Origin: an uncultured archaeon
Lineage (GTDB): Archaea; Altiarchaeota; Altiarchaeia; IMC4; SCGC-AAA252-I15
Direction: 5' to 3'
Length of the DNA stretch: 13,806 bases
Assembly: GCA_964587725.1 (NCBI GenBank)
Contig: CAZPLO010000031.1
Coordinates: 1-13,806, forward strand
The translations under genes were made by a program, and so were the position numbers. This document shows, piece by piece, positions 1-7,804 of this stretch (within the stretch, counting starts at the first letter, position 1; the number at the start of each line of letters is the position of its first letter). The notes beneath the pieces were generated by a model. The model saw nothing but the letters and a program-made list of their open reading frames with translations. It searched no databases and was not told where the DNA came from.

Positions 1-1
1 T

Positions 2-75
2 TGGGCTCAACGGGGTTCGAACCCGCGACATCTCGGTTAAAAGCCGAGCGCTCTACCAGACTGAGCTATGAGCCC
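2..75 (-). tRNA. tRNA-Lys (anticodon UUU), intron-less, CCA not encoded
   Basis: Reverse complement reads GGGCTCATAGCTCAGTCTGGTAGAGCGCTCGGCTTTTAACCGAGATGTCGCGGGTTCGAACCCCGTTGAGCCCA. It has acceptor stem GGGCTCA/TGAGCCC, D arm GCTC..GAGC, anticodon arm CTCGG-CTTTTAA-CCGAG and T loop GTTCGAA. Confidence 0.97.
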
Positions 76-128
76 GTAAAGGTTTAGGCAAACCTTCCTT
101 ATTAGGTGTTTAGATTTAAATAATATCC
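76..128. promoter_or_regulatory. Divergent promoter region for tRNA-Lys and uppP
   Basis: AT-rich spacer with TATA-like TTTAAATA at 115-122 and CCTTATTA at 97-104, plus a 7-bp inverted repeat AAGGTTT-AGGC-AAACCTT at 79-96. Confidence 0.5.
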
Positions 129-899
129 GTGGACGCGTTATCCGGTTTCCTGGTGGGGCTGCTGCAGGGTATACTGGAGTGGCTGCCGGTGTCGAGCAGC
201 GGTCAGAGCATGCTGGTTCTGCTGGACGCGTTCGACCTGCCGGCGCAGACCGCCTTCACATACGGAATCTTCATGCACGTGGGTACTATGGCGGCTGTGC
301 TGGTGAAGTACCGGCGGACGTGGCTGAAACTGCCTTCCGACCGTGTGACACTGCGTTTTCTGGCGGTGGCGACGGCGTTCACCGCCGTATCCGGATTGGG
401 CGTGTATTATCTGTTCAAACGGGGGATGGAGTCGTTCACCGGCGAATACGTGAACGCGCTGGTTGGGCTGCTGCTCATCGCAACCGGTCTGCTACTCTAC
501 TTCACCGGGAAGAAAAAGTTCGGTGTGAAGGGCGCATCCTCTCTGAGCCTGTTCGACACCGCCGTCGCCGGCCTGGCGCAGGGGTTCACCATCCTACCCG
601 GTATTTCACGCAGCGGCGTCACCGTGTCGGCGCTCGTGTTAAGCGAACTCCGGCAGGAGGAGGCCCTCCGCCTCAGCTTCTTGATGAGCGTTCCCGCGGT
701 CGCGGGCGCTGTTGTGTTGGAGCTGCTGACCGAGGGTGCTGGCGGAATCCAGCCGTCGGTCGCGTTCGCCGGCCTTTTGGCCGCATTCATCTCCGGCTAC
801 CTGCTGATGGAGGCGCTGCTCGCGTTCGCCAAGAGGATAAGGTTTGATTTGTTCTGCATGGTGTTCGGCGCGCTCGCCGTACTGTGGGGGGTGATATAG
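129..899 (+). CDS. uppP: Undecaprenyl-diphosphate phosphatase (BacA/UppP family)
   Basis: Signature motifs GLLQGILEWLPVSSSG, H-x-GT and QGFTILPGISRSGVT, plus SFLMSVP. The 256-aa protein is polytopic and hydrophobic. Confidence 0.93.
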   Translation: MDALSGFLVGLLQGILEWLPVSSSGQSMLVLLDAFDLPAQTAFTYGIFMHVGTMAAVLVKYRRTWLKLPSDRVTLRFLAVATAFTAVSGLGVYYLFKRGMESFTGEYVNALVGLLLIATGLLLYFTGKKKFGVKGASSLSLFDTAVAGLAQGFTILPGISRSGVTVSALVLSELRQEEALRLSFLMSVPAVAGAVVLELLTEGAGGIQPSVAFAGLLAAFISGYLLMEALLAFAKRIRFDLFCMVFGALAVLWGVI

Positions 900-1243
900 T
901 GGGTGAGGACCCCCGGCTGGCGGGAACCAAACGGAAGAAGTTCGTCAAATCCGGCCGCGACGTACTGAACATGTTCTCCGACAAAACAATGAGCGGCCAC
1001 TCGCTCGCCTCCAAAGACACCAGCTTGGGGGGCGGCCACGGACTCCACGGCACCAACCCGGTGGAGAGCGGGAAACAGGACCCGTTGAAGATGGAGTTGG
1101 AGAAGATGGATGAGGCGAAACAGGGTGTGCATCCCAAGAAGCCTAAAACCTACAGTGAACACACCGACCGGCTCAAGGAAGTATACGACCAGTACGTTGA
1201 CGCCGACTCAAGCATGAAAAAGAAGAAGCTGAGGAAGAAATGA
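899..1243 (+). CDS. Hypothetical small Lys-rich, probably largely disordered protein
   Basis: The ORF fills the gap between uppP and pcm. GTG at 899 follows an archaeal SD (GGGGGTGA), and the stop overlaps the pcm start (ATGA). The ORF track starts it at 884. Basic tail KKKKLRKK. Confidence 0.7.
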   Translation: MGEDPRLAGTKRKKFVKSGRDVLNMFSDKTMSGHSLASKDTSLGGGHGLHGTNPVESGKQDPLKMELEKMDEAKQGVHPKKPKTYSEHTDRLKEVYDQYVDADSSMKKKKLRKK

Positions 1244-1893
1244 GTTTTGAAGACGACAGGGATAGGATGGTAGACCGCCTGCTGTCGTCCGGTTACCTGA
1301 AAGACCCTAGGGTGGCGGAGGCGATGCGGAAGGTCCCCCGTCACCTGCTAATCCCCACAGAGGCTAGGTCTCAGGCGTACGCCGACCACCCCCTGCCCAT
1401 CGGTGAGGGGCAGACCATAAGCGCCCCACACATGGTGGCGATAATGACCGACCTCCTGGATGTTGACATGGGTTCCAGGATACTGGAGGTTGGAACGGGC
1501 TCAGGATACCAGGCCGCCATACTGGCTGAACTGGCGCCGAAGGGGTTCATATACACTGTGGAACGAGTGGGGGAGCTCGCCGCCCGGACCAGGGAGCGGC
1601 TTAAGAAACTGGGATACGAGGACATTCAGGTGATACAGTCCGACGGCACATTAGGTTATCCTGCTGAGGCGCCATATGACCGCGTCATAGTGACTGCGGC
1701 CGCCCCAGAAATACCGCCGACCCTGGTCGAACAAATCGACAGGGGAGGGAAGATGCTGATTCCCGTCGGCGGACGGTGGAGCCAGCGTCTGATGGAGGTC
1801 TTCCGCGACGAAGAAGGCGACGTAGGTGAAAGAGACCGCGGAGGGTGCGTGTTCGTGCCGTTGATAGGCGAGGAAGGCTGGAAGGCTAGGTGA
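1240..1893 (+). CDS. pcm: Protein-L-isoaspartate O-methyltransferase
   Basis: Motifs VPRH, AY-D-PLPIG-GQTISAPHMVA, SAM-binding ILEVGTGSGYQAA, DGTLG..APYDRVIVTAA and C-terminal FVPLIG. Confidence 0.96.
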   Translation: MSFEDDRDRMVDRLLSSGYLKDPRVAEAMRKVPRHLLIPTEARSQAYADHPLPIGEGQTISAPHMVAIMTDLLDVDMGSRILEVGTGSGYQAAILAELAPKGFIYTVERVGELAARTRERLKKLGYEDIQVIQSDGTLGYPAEAPYDRVIVTAAAPEIPPTLVEQIDRGGKMLIPVGGRWSQRLMEVFRDEEGDVGERDRGGCVFVPLIGEEGWKAR

Positions 1894-2290
1894 ACTCCGC
1901 ATCGTCCCCCACTGTAATCCCGTGTTCCGACGCGTATCCGCGGTTGACCTCCAGGACATAGAGTGCGTCGGCTGCTGGCGCGTACACGGGGCAGGGGTCC
2001 AAGGTACACGGCACCGCCTCCTCTATATGGACTACAGTGAACTCCTCGTCCAACCATATCATATCCAATGGTGTCAGCGTGTTCTTCATCCACATGCCGT
2101 GTCTGCCGGGGGAGTCGAACACGAACAGCATGCCAGCGTCTTCCGGCAGGGAGTTTCTATGCATCAACCCCGTCCGGCGTTCCGCCGGCGTGTCTGCAAC
2201 CTCAACAGTCACGCAGGAGCCGCTGAAGCAGACGTTGGATGCTGAGGAGATGCACGCTGAAACGAGGAGCACAGCCAACAAAGCCCTCAT
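1886..2290 (-). CDS. DUF192 (UPF0127) family protein, likely lipoprotein
   Basis: Motifs VEVADTPAERRTGLM-R, GMLFVF, WMKNTLTPLDMIW and YVLEVNRG. ATG at 2290 overlaps the prs stop, and the signal peptide has lipobox-like LLVSAC. Confidence 0.9.
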   Translation of the reverse strand: MRALLAVLLVSACISSASNVCFSGSCVTVEVADTPAERRTGLMHRNSLPEDAGMLFVFDSPGRHGMWMKNTLTPLDMIWLDEEFTVVHIEEAVPCTLDPCPVYAPAADALYVLEVNRGYASEHGITVGDDAEFT

Positions 2291-3147
2291 CTTTTCAGGT
2301 CTTTGGCTAAAAGCTCTGCGACACTGACTTTTGCGACGGGGTTGTCCAGGGTGTCTGTCGCTATGAGGCGGTCGACGACGCCCTTGAAGGCTTCGACGCC
2401 GTTGATGAACAGTCCGTGGACGCACCCGACGTTTATGGATGCCGGATGCCAGCCGCGTATCACCTTCACCGCCTCCACGATGGTTCCGCCGGTGCTTATG
2501 ATGTCGTCGAGGATTATGATGTCGTGGCCTTTCACCTCCAGGTCCTTAGACTTAATCACCACCTCCGTCCCCGAAACCCGTTTCTTGGAAAGATGGTTGA
2601 ATTCGCAGTCCATAACACGCGCCGCCTCCTTCGCGTAGTTGAGCGACCCCTTGTCCGGGGCTATGACGAGGGGGTTCTTCACCTTCCCGTTCAGGTACTC
2701 CGCCAGCAGCGGCACCGCGTCGAGGTTCATGAAGTTCACGTGTTCGTAGTATGCTTCTCCTCCGCCGTTGAGGAAGTGGCAGTTCACCATGGATATGCTG
2801 TCCGAGAGTTCGTGCAGCAGCTTCAACACGGTTTTCGCGCTCAACGCCTCCCCCTCGGTGAAGCGTTTGTCCTGGCGCATGTACGCCATATACGGCGTCA
2901 CCGCATGCACCTGGGTGGCGCCCAAGTCTCTTAACACGTCAAGGGTCAGCAGCAGTTCAACCAGGTCGTCGTTGCTCCGTATTGACTGCACGACCGCGCA
3001 TTCCTTTCCCGCGACGTCGGACACTATCCTCACGTGTTTCTCCCCGTCCGGAAAGTCCTTGACCTCGCTTTTACCCAGCTCACCGCCCAGGGACTTCGCA
3101 ACCGACCAGGCGAGCCCCGTCGACCTGCTTCCGCCGAAAACCAGCAT
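2287..3147 (-). CDS. prs: Ribose-phosphate pyrophosphokinase (archaeal short type)
   Basis: Motifs FPDGEKHVRI, PYMAYMRQDKRF..GEALSAK, IAPDKG and the PRPP-binding IILDDIISTGGTI. There is an alternative TTG start at 3153. Confidence 0.95.
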   Translation of the reverse strand: MLVFGGSRSTGLAWSVAKSLGGELGKSEVKDFPDGEKHVRIVSDVAGKECAVVQSIRSNDDLVELLLTLDVLRDLGATQVHAVTPYMAYMRQDKRFTEGEALSAKTVLKLLHELSDSISMVNCHFLNGGGEAYYEHVNFMNLDAVPLLAEYLNGKVKNPLVIAPDKGSLNYAKEAARVMDCEFNHLSKKRVSGTEVVIKSKDLEVKGHDIIILDDIISTGGTIVEAVKVIRGWHPASINVGCVHGLFINGVEAFKGVVDRLIATDTLDNPVAKVSVAELLAKDLKR

Positions 3148-3153
3148 CTTCAA

Positions 3154-3197
3154 ACACTTATATTAGCTCCCATGGTTAAATATATTCTTGAGGTAAG
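3154..3197. promoter_or_regulatory. Divergent promoter region prs / KaiC-like ATPase
   Basis: AT-rich spacer with TTATATT and TTAAATATAT, and SD-like GAGGT just before ATG 3198. Confidence 0.5.
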
Positions 3198-3905
3198 ATG
3201 GAACGGGTTTCTACGGGCGTTCCCGGACTCGACGACATGGTTGAGGGCGGGTTCAAGAAAAAAAACACCATACTGGTTGTGGGCGGATGCGGCTCCGGTA
3301 AGTCGACGCTGGCTATGCAGTATCTATGGCACGGCACCCAAAACGGGGAGCCGGGCGTGTACGTGAGCTTCGAGGAGGAGCCAGACCAGATACGGGAGAA
3401 CATGATGCGGCACGGCTGGGACCTCAGGAAGATGGAGGACGAGGGCAAGCTCAAGATAGTCCGCATAGACCCCCAGGACGTCATGCACATCATCAAGGAG
3501 GAGTACGGAACGATAGTGGACGCCGTCAAGGACACGGGAGCCAAACGGGTGGTCGTCGACTCCCTCACCAGCATAGAGATGATGATTGACGGCAGCTATG
3601 AGAAACGGCAGGGGATACTGAAGCTCATCAGCTTCATGCAGAAGAGCGACTGCACCAGCGTGATGATTGCGGAGAGCGAGCAGGACCCCACACGCTACAG
3701 CCGCCACGGCATCCTCGAGTTCATAGTCGACGGCGTAATCGTGTTGTACAACCTCCGCCGCGGCAAATCCAGGATTAGAGCCTTGGAGGTTTTGAAGATG
3801 CGTGGCACCGACCAGATGACCAACCTGGTGCCTTACAAGATAGAGCAGGGTATTACGTTGCAGCCGCATCAGATGATATTCGGCAGCGTCGGCGGGGAAG
3901 AGTAG
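3198..3905 (+). CDS. Single-domain KaiC/RAD55 (RecA-superfamily) ATPase
   Basis: N-terminal RVSTGVPGLDDMVEGG, Walker A GGCGSGKST, YVSFEE, Walker B RVVVDS and C-terminal RALEVLKMRGT. Confidence 0.92.
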   Translation: MERVSTGVPGLDDMVEGGFKKKNTILVVGGCGSGKSTLAMQYLWHGTQNGEPGVYVSFEEEPDQIRENMMRHGWDLRKMEDEGKLKIVRIDPQDVMHIIKEEYGTIVDAVKDTGAKRVVVDSLTSIEMMIDGSYEKRQGILKLISFMQKSDCTSVMIAESEQDPTRYSRHGILEFIVDGVIVLYNLRRGKSRIRALEVLKMRGTDQMTNLVPYKIEQGITLQPHQMIFGSVGGEE

Positions 3906-4466
3906 CTAAAGCAGTTGCGCCTTCTTTGTGACTTCCACCAGATAGTTGAGGTGGTTTTTCACCGCGTCCCTTTCAGCGTCTGCACTGTGATGTATCTCGT
4001 GCTTCCCCACGGTGAAGGGAACGCTCTCGGCCTTCAGCAGGCTGCGGACGTTTTCGTTCACGTACTTTCGTATGTCCTCCTGTGTGCCGCCGGCTATCCT
4101 GTAGTCTCTCTCGAATTCCTCGTCGCCGACGTCTATGCTCCTGGCTCCCGGGATGTTATTTTCACTGAAGTATTCTTTTGGGCCGACGGTGAACGGCTCC
4201 CCCACGTCGCTTGCGTGGAACACCCGCAGCCGCATGGTGTCGTCTGAGACGTCTACTACGACGTCCCGCCCCCTGTAGAATCCGTTGACCGACGGCGGCC
4301 TCGTGGGCACCGTCTGGCTGTAGTTCAACGCCAGCTCCGAAGCCAGTTTCCTCATCATATGGTTGAGCTGCAGCCGCTCCAGAACCTTGTAGGAGGCCAC
4401 CAACACCGCGAACGCCATAGCCGCCAACAGTGCGGCTGGGGGCGTCAACTCCGCCAAGCCGGCCAT
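3906..4466 (-). CDS. Hypothetical membrane-anchored protein (N-terminal TM; GDEEFERDYRI motif loosely like DUF3137-type domains)
   Basis: The 186-aa ORF exactly fills the space between the KaiC-like stop and the proB promoter, and has a single hydrophobic N-terminal helix. Confidence 0.7.
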   Translation of the reverse strand: MAGLAELTPPAALLAAMAFAVLVASYKVLERLQLNHMMRKLASELALNYSQTVPTRPPSVNGFYRGRDVVVDVSDDTMRLRVFHASDVGEPFTVGPKEYFSENNIPGARSIDVGDEEFERDYRIAGGTQEDIRKYVNENVRSLLKAESVPFTVGKHEIHHSADAERDAVKNHLNYLVEVTKKAQLL

Positions 4467-4518
4467 GGTAAGGTATTGGACCTCTTATATTAAATCCGGG
4501 CCTCTAAATCTATTCTGT

Positions 4519-5634
4519 ATGGACAGAAAAGACCTGACTAAATGCAGGAGGGTTGTGGTGAAGGTCGGCACCGCCAGCATAACCGACGACCTGGTGCTAA
4601 GCGACCGTAAGGTAGGTAAAATCGTCAGGGAGGCGGTGTCTCTGATTCGCGACGGCCGCGAGGTAATAATCGTGTCTTCGGGCGCCATAGGAGCTGGAAT
4701 ACGGAAGCTGGGGTTGAAGACCCGTCCAAGGGACATGAACCTGCTGCAGGCCACCGCCGCGGTCGGGCAGAACGAGCTGATGAAGGCATACGGTAAGGCG
4801 TTCAACCGCCACGGATTCAACGTGGCACAGATACTGTTGACGAGGGAGGACTTCTGCAGCAGAACACGGTTCCTGAACATACGGAACAGCGTCAACACGC
4901 TGCTGAGGAACAAGACCGTGCCCGTCATCAACGAGAACGACTCGGTGGCGGTGGACGAGATAAAGTTCGGAGACAACGACACGTTGTCGGCGCTGGTCGC
5001 ATCCAACCTGGAGGCTGATTTGCTGGTGCTGATGAGCACCACGGACGGACTCTACACCATGGACCCCAAACGCAGCAAGAGGGCCGTGAAGATAGACGTG
5101 GTCGACAAGATGACCGGCGACATAGCATCCATCAGGGGGAAGTCGAGGAAGGGCGGCGTCGGCGGAATACAGTCCAAGATAAAGGCGGGTGCGATGATGA
5201 TGGAATGTGGCATACCAATGGTCATAGTGGACGCACGCAAGAAAGGCATACTGTCGAAGGTGCTGGCCGGCGAGAAGGTCGGCAGCATATTCCTGCCCCG
5301 CCGAAGGCTGGAGAACCGCCACCAGTGGATATTGTTCTCGTCGTCGCCCGACGGAGCCATCAGAGTGGATAAGGGAGCTGCCAAGATACTTTCGAAGGGG
5401 AAGGCCAGCCTCCTCCCGTCGGGGGTGGTCAAGGTGAACGGGGTGTTCAGGAAAGGCGACCCCGTGAGGATAACGGATTCGGCAGGCAATGAGATAGCCA
5501 GGGGCATAAGCAACTTCAGCAGCGAGGAGTTGAAGAAAATCAAGGGCAGGCAGTGCGACGAAATAGCTAAGGTACTGAAGCGTAAGACGTGCAAGGAAGT
5601 GGTGTACAATGCGAACATGGTGTTGGTGAGATGA
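4519..5634 (+). CDS. proB: Glutamate 5-kinase with C-terminal PUA domain
   Basis: Motifs VVVKVGT, VSSGAIGAG, AAVGQ, PVINEND-V--EIKFGDNDTLSALVA and the PUA region VDKGA..SLLPSGV..F-KGD-V. ATG 4519 is preferred to 4465, which would overlap the divergent gene and include the TATA-like CTTATATTAAA. Confidence 0.95.
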   Translation: MDRKDLTKCRRVVVKVGTASITDDLVLSDRKVGKIVREAVSLIRDGREVIIVSSGAIGAGIRKLGLKTRPRDMNLLQATAAVGQNELMKAYGKAFNRHGFNVAQILLTREDFCSRTRFLNIRNSVNTLLRNKTVPVINENDSVAVDEIKFGDNDTLSALVASNLEADLLVLMSTTDGLYTMDPKRSKRAVKIDVVDKMTGDIASIRGKSRKGGVGGIQSKIKAGAMMMECGIPMVIVDARKKGILSKVLAGEKVGSIFLPRRRLENRHQWILFSSSPDGAIRVDKGAAKILSKGKASLLPSGVVKVNGVFRKGDPVRITDSAGNEIARGISNFSSEELKKIKGRQCDEIAKVLKRKTCKEVVYNANMVLVR

Positions 5635-6425
5635 AGGGTTTGACGCTGGTGAAACTGGGGGGGTCGGTGATTACGCGGAAGACCGACGACCGCATGGAGG
5701 TGCGTGCCCGCGTATTGAACAGGCTGGCCTCGGAGGTATCCTCCGCCCTCAGGGTCAGGCCGCGGATGAAGTTGCTGATGGTCCACGGCGCCGGCCCATT
5801 CGGCCATGTATTGGCGGACGACTACGAGCTGCAGAAGGGTCATAGAGGCCCGTTGCAGGTGGAGGGGGTGGCCGTGACGCACCAGAGCATGGAGTCCCTT
5901 AATTCGACGGTCGTTAACGCTCTGCTGACCGCCGGCGTTAATGCGATGGCGTATCAGCCGTCCGCCGCCGGCGTACTCGAGGACGGGAGACTGGCTTCCT
6001 TTCCGCTGGAGCCTGTGGAGAGGCTGTTGGGTTTGGGAATAGTGCCCGTCTCATACGGCGACGTCCTAGCTGATTTGAAGAGGGGTTTGGGGATACTGAG
6101 CGGAGACCACCTGATACCGTATCTGGCGGAGAAGCTCGCCGCCGAAAGGGTTGTCATAGTCACTTCATACAATGGCGTGTTCGACCGCGACCCCCGCGTC
6201 AAAGGCGCGGTGAAATACGACGTCGTGGACGAAAAAATGCTGTTGAAGCTTAGGGGGCGTTCAACCGAAGGCCGGGACGTCACAGGCGGCATAGCCCGGA
6301 AGGTCGGCGAACTGGTTTCACTGGCCCGCCGCGGCGTGAAGTCCGAGATAATATCGGGCGTCGAACCAGGCTACCTGGAAAGGGCCTTGAAGGGGGAGAA
6401 GGGAATCGGCACGAGGATAGAGTAG
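5631..6425 (+). CDS. ipk: Isopentenyl phosphate kinase (amino-acid-kinase family)
   Basis: Motifs LVKLGGSVIT-K, HGAGPFGH (with the IPK-specific His), PVSYGDV, ILSGD and DVTGGI--K. The start overlaps the proB stop (ATGA). Confidence 0.9.
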   Translation: MKGLTLVKLGGSVITRKTDDRMEVRARVLNRLASEVSSALRVRPRMKLLMVHGAGPFGHVLADDYELQKGHRGPLQVEGVAVTHQSMESLNSTVVNALLTAGVNAMAYQPSAAGVLEDGRLASFPLEPVERLLGLGIVPVSYGDVLADLKRGLGILSGDHLIPYLAEKLAAERVVIVTSYNGVFDRDPRVKGAVKYDVVDEKMLLKLRGRSTEGRDVTGGIARKVGELVSLARRGVKSEIISGVEPGYLERALKGEKGIGTRIE

Positions 6426-6426
6426 T

Positions 6427-7101
6427 TTAGAGCCGCAGAGCCTTTCCAAGCAGGGCTGCGGCGAAGCTCACCGGCGCCAGCAGAAACGGTATGCATCCGA
6501 AGAGTCCGAGCAGCAGGTCGGTGAGAAAATCACCCCCTACGGTGTAGACAATCTCCTCAGGTTCATCACCCCCTCCTTCTCCCGCGTCATCCTTCTTTTC
6601 CACGCACGTGTTTTCCCTGCATTCCTTGCCGTCGGGGCAGCCGCAGTCCCTGCAGCAGGTGGTCTGGTCTTCCCCCTTGTCTTTCACGCAGTTGCCGTTG
6701 CCGCATTTTTCCTCGTCGTTGCAGTCCTTGTCGGCCATGTAGGCGCAGGCGTCGGCTTCCGCGTAGCATGTTTTGCAGTATCCGCTGCTGCAGTCCTGGA
6801 AGTCGTTGCCGGGGCACCGTGCGGCCGTGCACGCCTTCAATGTCTCTATGCATCTGTCGAGGGCGGGGCACATGCCCAGGAAGTATTTGCCGGATGAAAT
6901 CGGGTAGGCGGCGGACACGCACAATTGGCCTTTGGTCTGCTGGCTGTCCTTGCATTTCTGGTCTATCCGGCCGCCGGTGAACGCGCAGTTCCTGCAGGAG
7001 CGGTCGAACGACTCGGACGCGCAGATGCTGTAGGCTGACGCGTTAGACGCTAACAGGATAAGCAGCAGTATCATGCCTGAAAAAGCGACGGCAGTTTTCA
7101 T
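6427..7101 (-). CDS. Secreted cysteine-rich protein with C-terminal membrane anchor
   Basis: Signal peptide MKTAVAFSGMILLLILLASNASA, 23 Cys including a CGNGNC..GED..TCCRDCGC module, an acidic/Gly linker and a hydrophobic tail ending in KALRL. TTATATA lies about 30 nt upstream on the minus strand. Confidence 0.8.
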   Translation of the reverse strand: MKTAVAFSGMILLLILLASNASAYSICASESFDRSCRNCAFTGGRIDQKCKDSQQTKGQLCVSAAYPISSGKYFLGMCPALDRCIETLKACTAARCPGNDFQDCSSGYCKTCYAEADACAYMADKDCNDEEKCGNGNCVKDKGEDQTTCCRDCGCPDGKECRENTCVEKKDDAGEGGGDEPEEIVYTVGGDFLTDLLLGLFGCIPFLLAPVSFAAALLGKALRL

Positions 7102-7141
7102 CGTGTCTGTCCTAATATTTCCTCCACAGTATATAAGTAAG

Positions 7142-7804
7142 CTGGTTGATGCAGTCATATTCGACTTGGACGGCACGCTGGTGGATTCGATGGAGGCCCA
7201 CTATGAATCCTTCAGGGACATGTTCGGTGAAGAGTGTGGGCTGGAGTTCACCCGCGACGAATTCCGCATGCTGTTCGAGAAAATCACCACCCGAATAGTG
7301 GGGGACTACCTGTCTGCCAAGGGTGTGGAAGGGGGGCAAGACTATGCTGCGTTGGCGGAGCGGAAGCAGGAATTGTTCCGGGAACGTTACGTCGGCGACG
7401 TCGAGGTCCTGCCGGGCGCTGCTGAACTGCTTAAGGATTTGAGGGGGTCTGGTTTGAAGGCGGCGGTCGCATCCAACAGCCCCCGCGCCAACATCGAAGC
7501 CATGATGGAAGAAACCGGCATGCGTCCCCACCTGGATGCTGTTGTGGCGGTGGACGAGATATCCCGTCCGAAGCCGGACCCCGAGATTTTCCTGAGGGCT
7601 GCGGAGGATGTCGGCGTGAAACCCTCCGATTGTGTTGTGGTGGAGGACAGCGTTCACGGCGTGGAAGCCGGAAAATCAGCGGGCATGCAGGTGGTTGCCG
7701 TTCTGACGGGCGGCGCCACAGGGGATGAGGTGTCTTCCGCGGGCGCGGATTTGGTGGTCGAATCACTGGAGGAAGTTGATTCTGACAGAATTCAGGCACT
7801 CTAG
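7142..7804 (+). CDS. HAD-superfamily phosphatase (beta-PGM/CbbY-like, subfamily IA)
   Basis: Motif I IFDLDGTLVDS, motif II VASNS, KPDPEIF and motif IV VVEDSVHGVEAGKSAGM. The start is uncertain: CTG at 7142 or ATG at 7073. Confidence 0.9.
   Translation: MVDAVIFDLDGTLVDSMEAHYESFRDMFGEECGLEFTRDEFRMLFEKITTRIVGDYLSAKGVEGGQDYAALAERKQELFRERYVGDVEVLPGAAELLKDLRGSGLKAAVASNSPRANIEAMMEETGMRPHLDAVVAVDEISRPKPDPEIFLRAAEDVGVKPSDCVVVEDSVHGVEAGKSAGMQVVAVLTGGATGDEVSSAGADLVVESLEEVDSDRIQAL

Noticed and set aside
2291-2425. N-terminal extension of the DUF192 ORF (similarly 4465-4518, 5589-5630, 7102-7176)
   Set aside because: These extensions overlap neighbouring genes or promoters. The downstream starts give coupled ATGA overlaps or proper signal peptides.
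3198-3905. Circadian clock system
   Set aside because: The protein is single-domain, lacks the S/T phosphosites and has no kaiA/kaiB in the window.
5052-5882. Long antisense and alternative-frame ORFs (also 179-847, 4597-5322, 3324-3869, 7112-7657, 12662-13198, 13226-13696)
   Set aside because: They shadow well-supported genes, have no motifs and are expected in GC-rich coding DNA.
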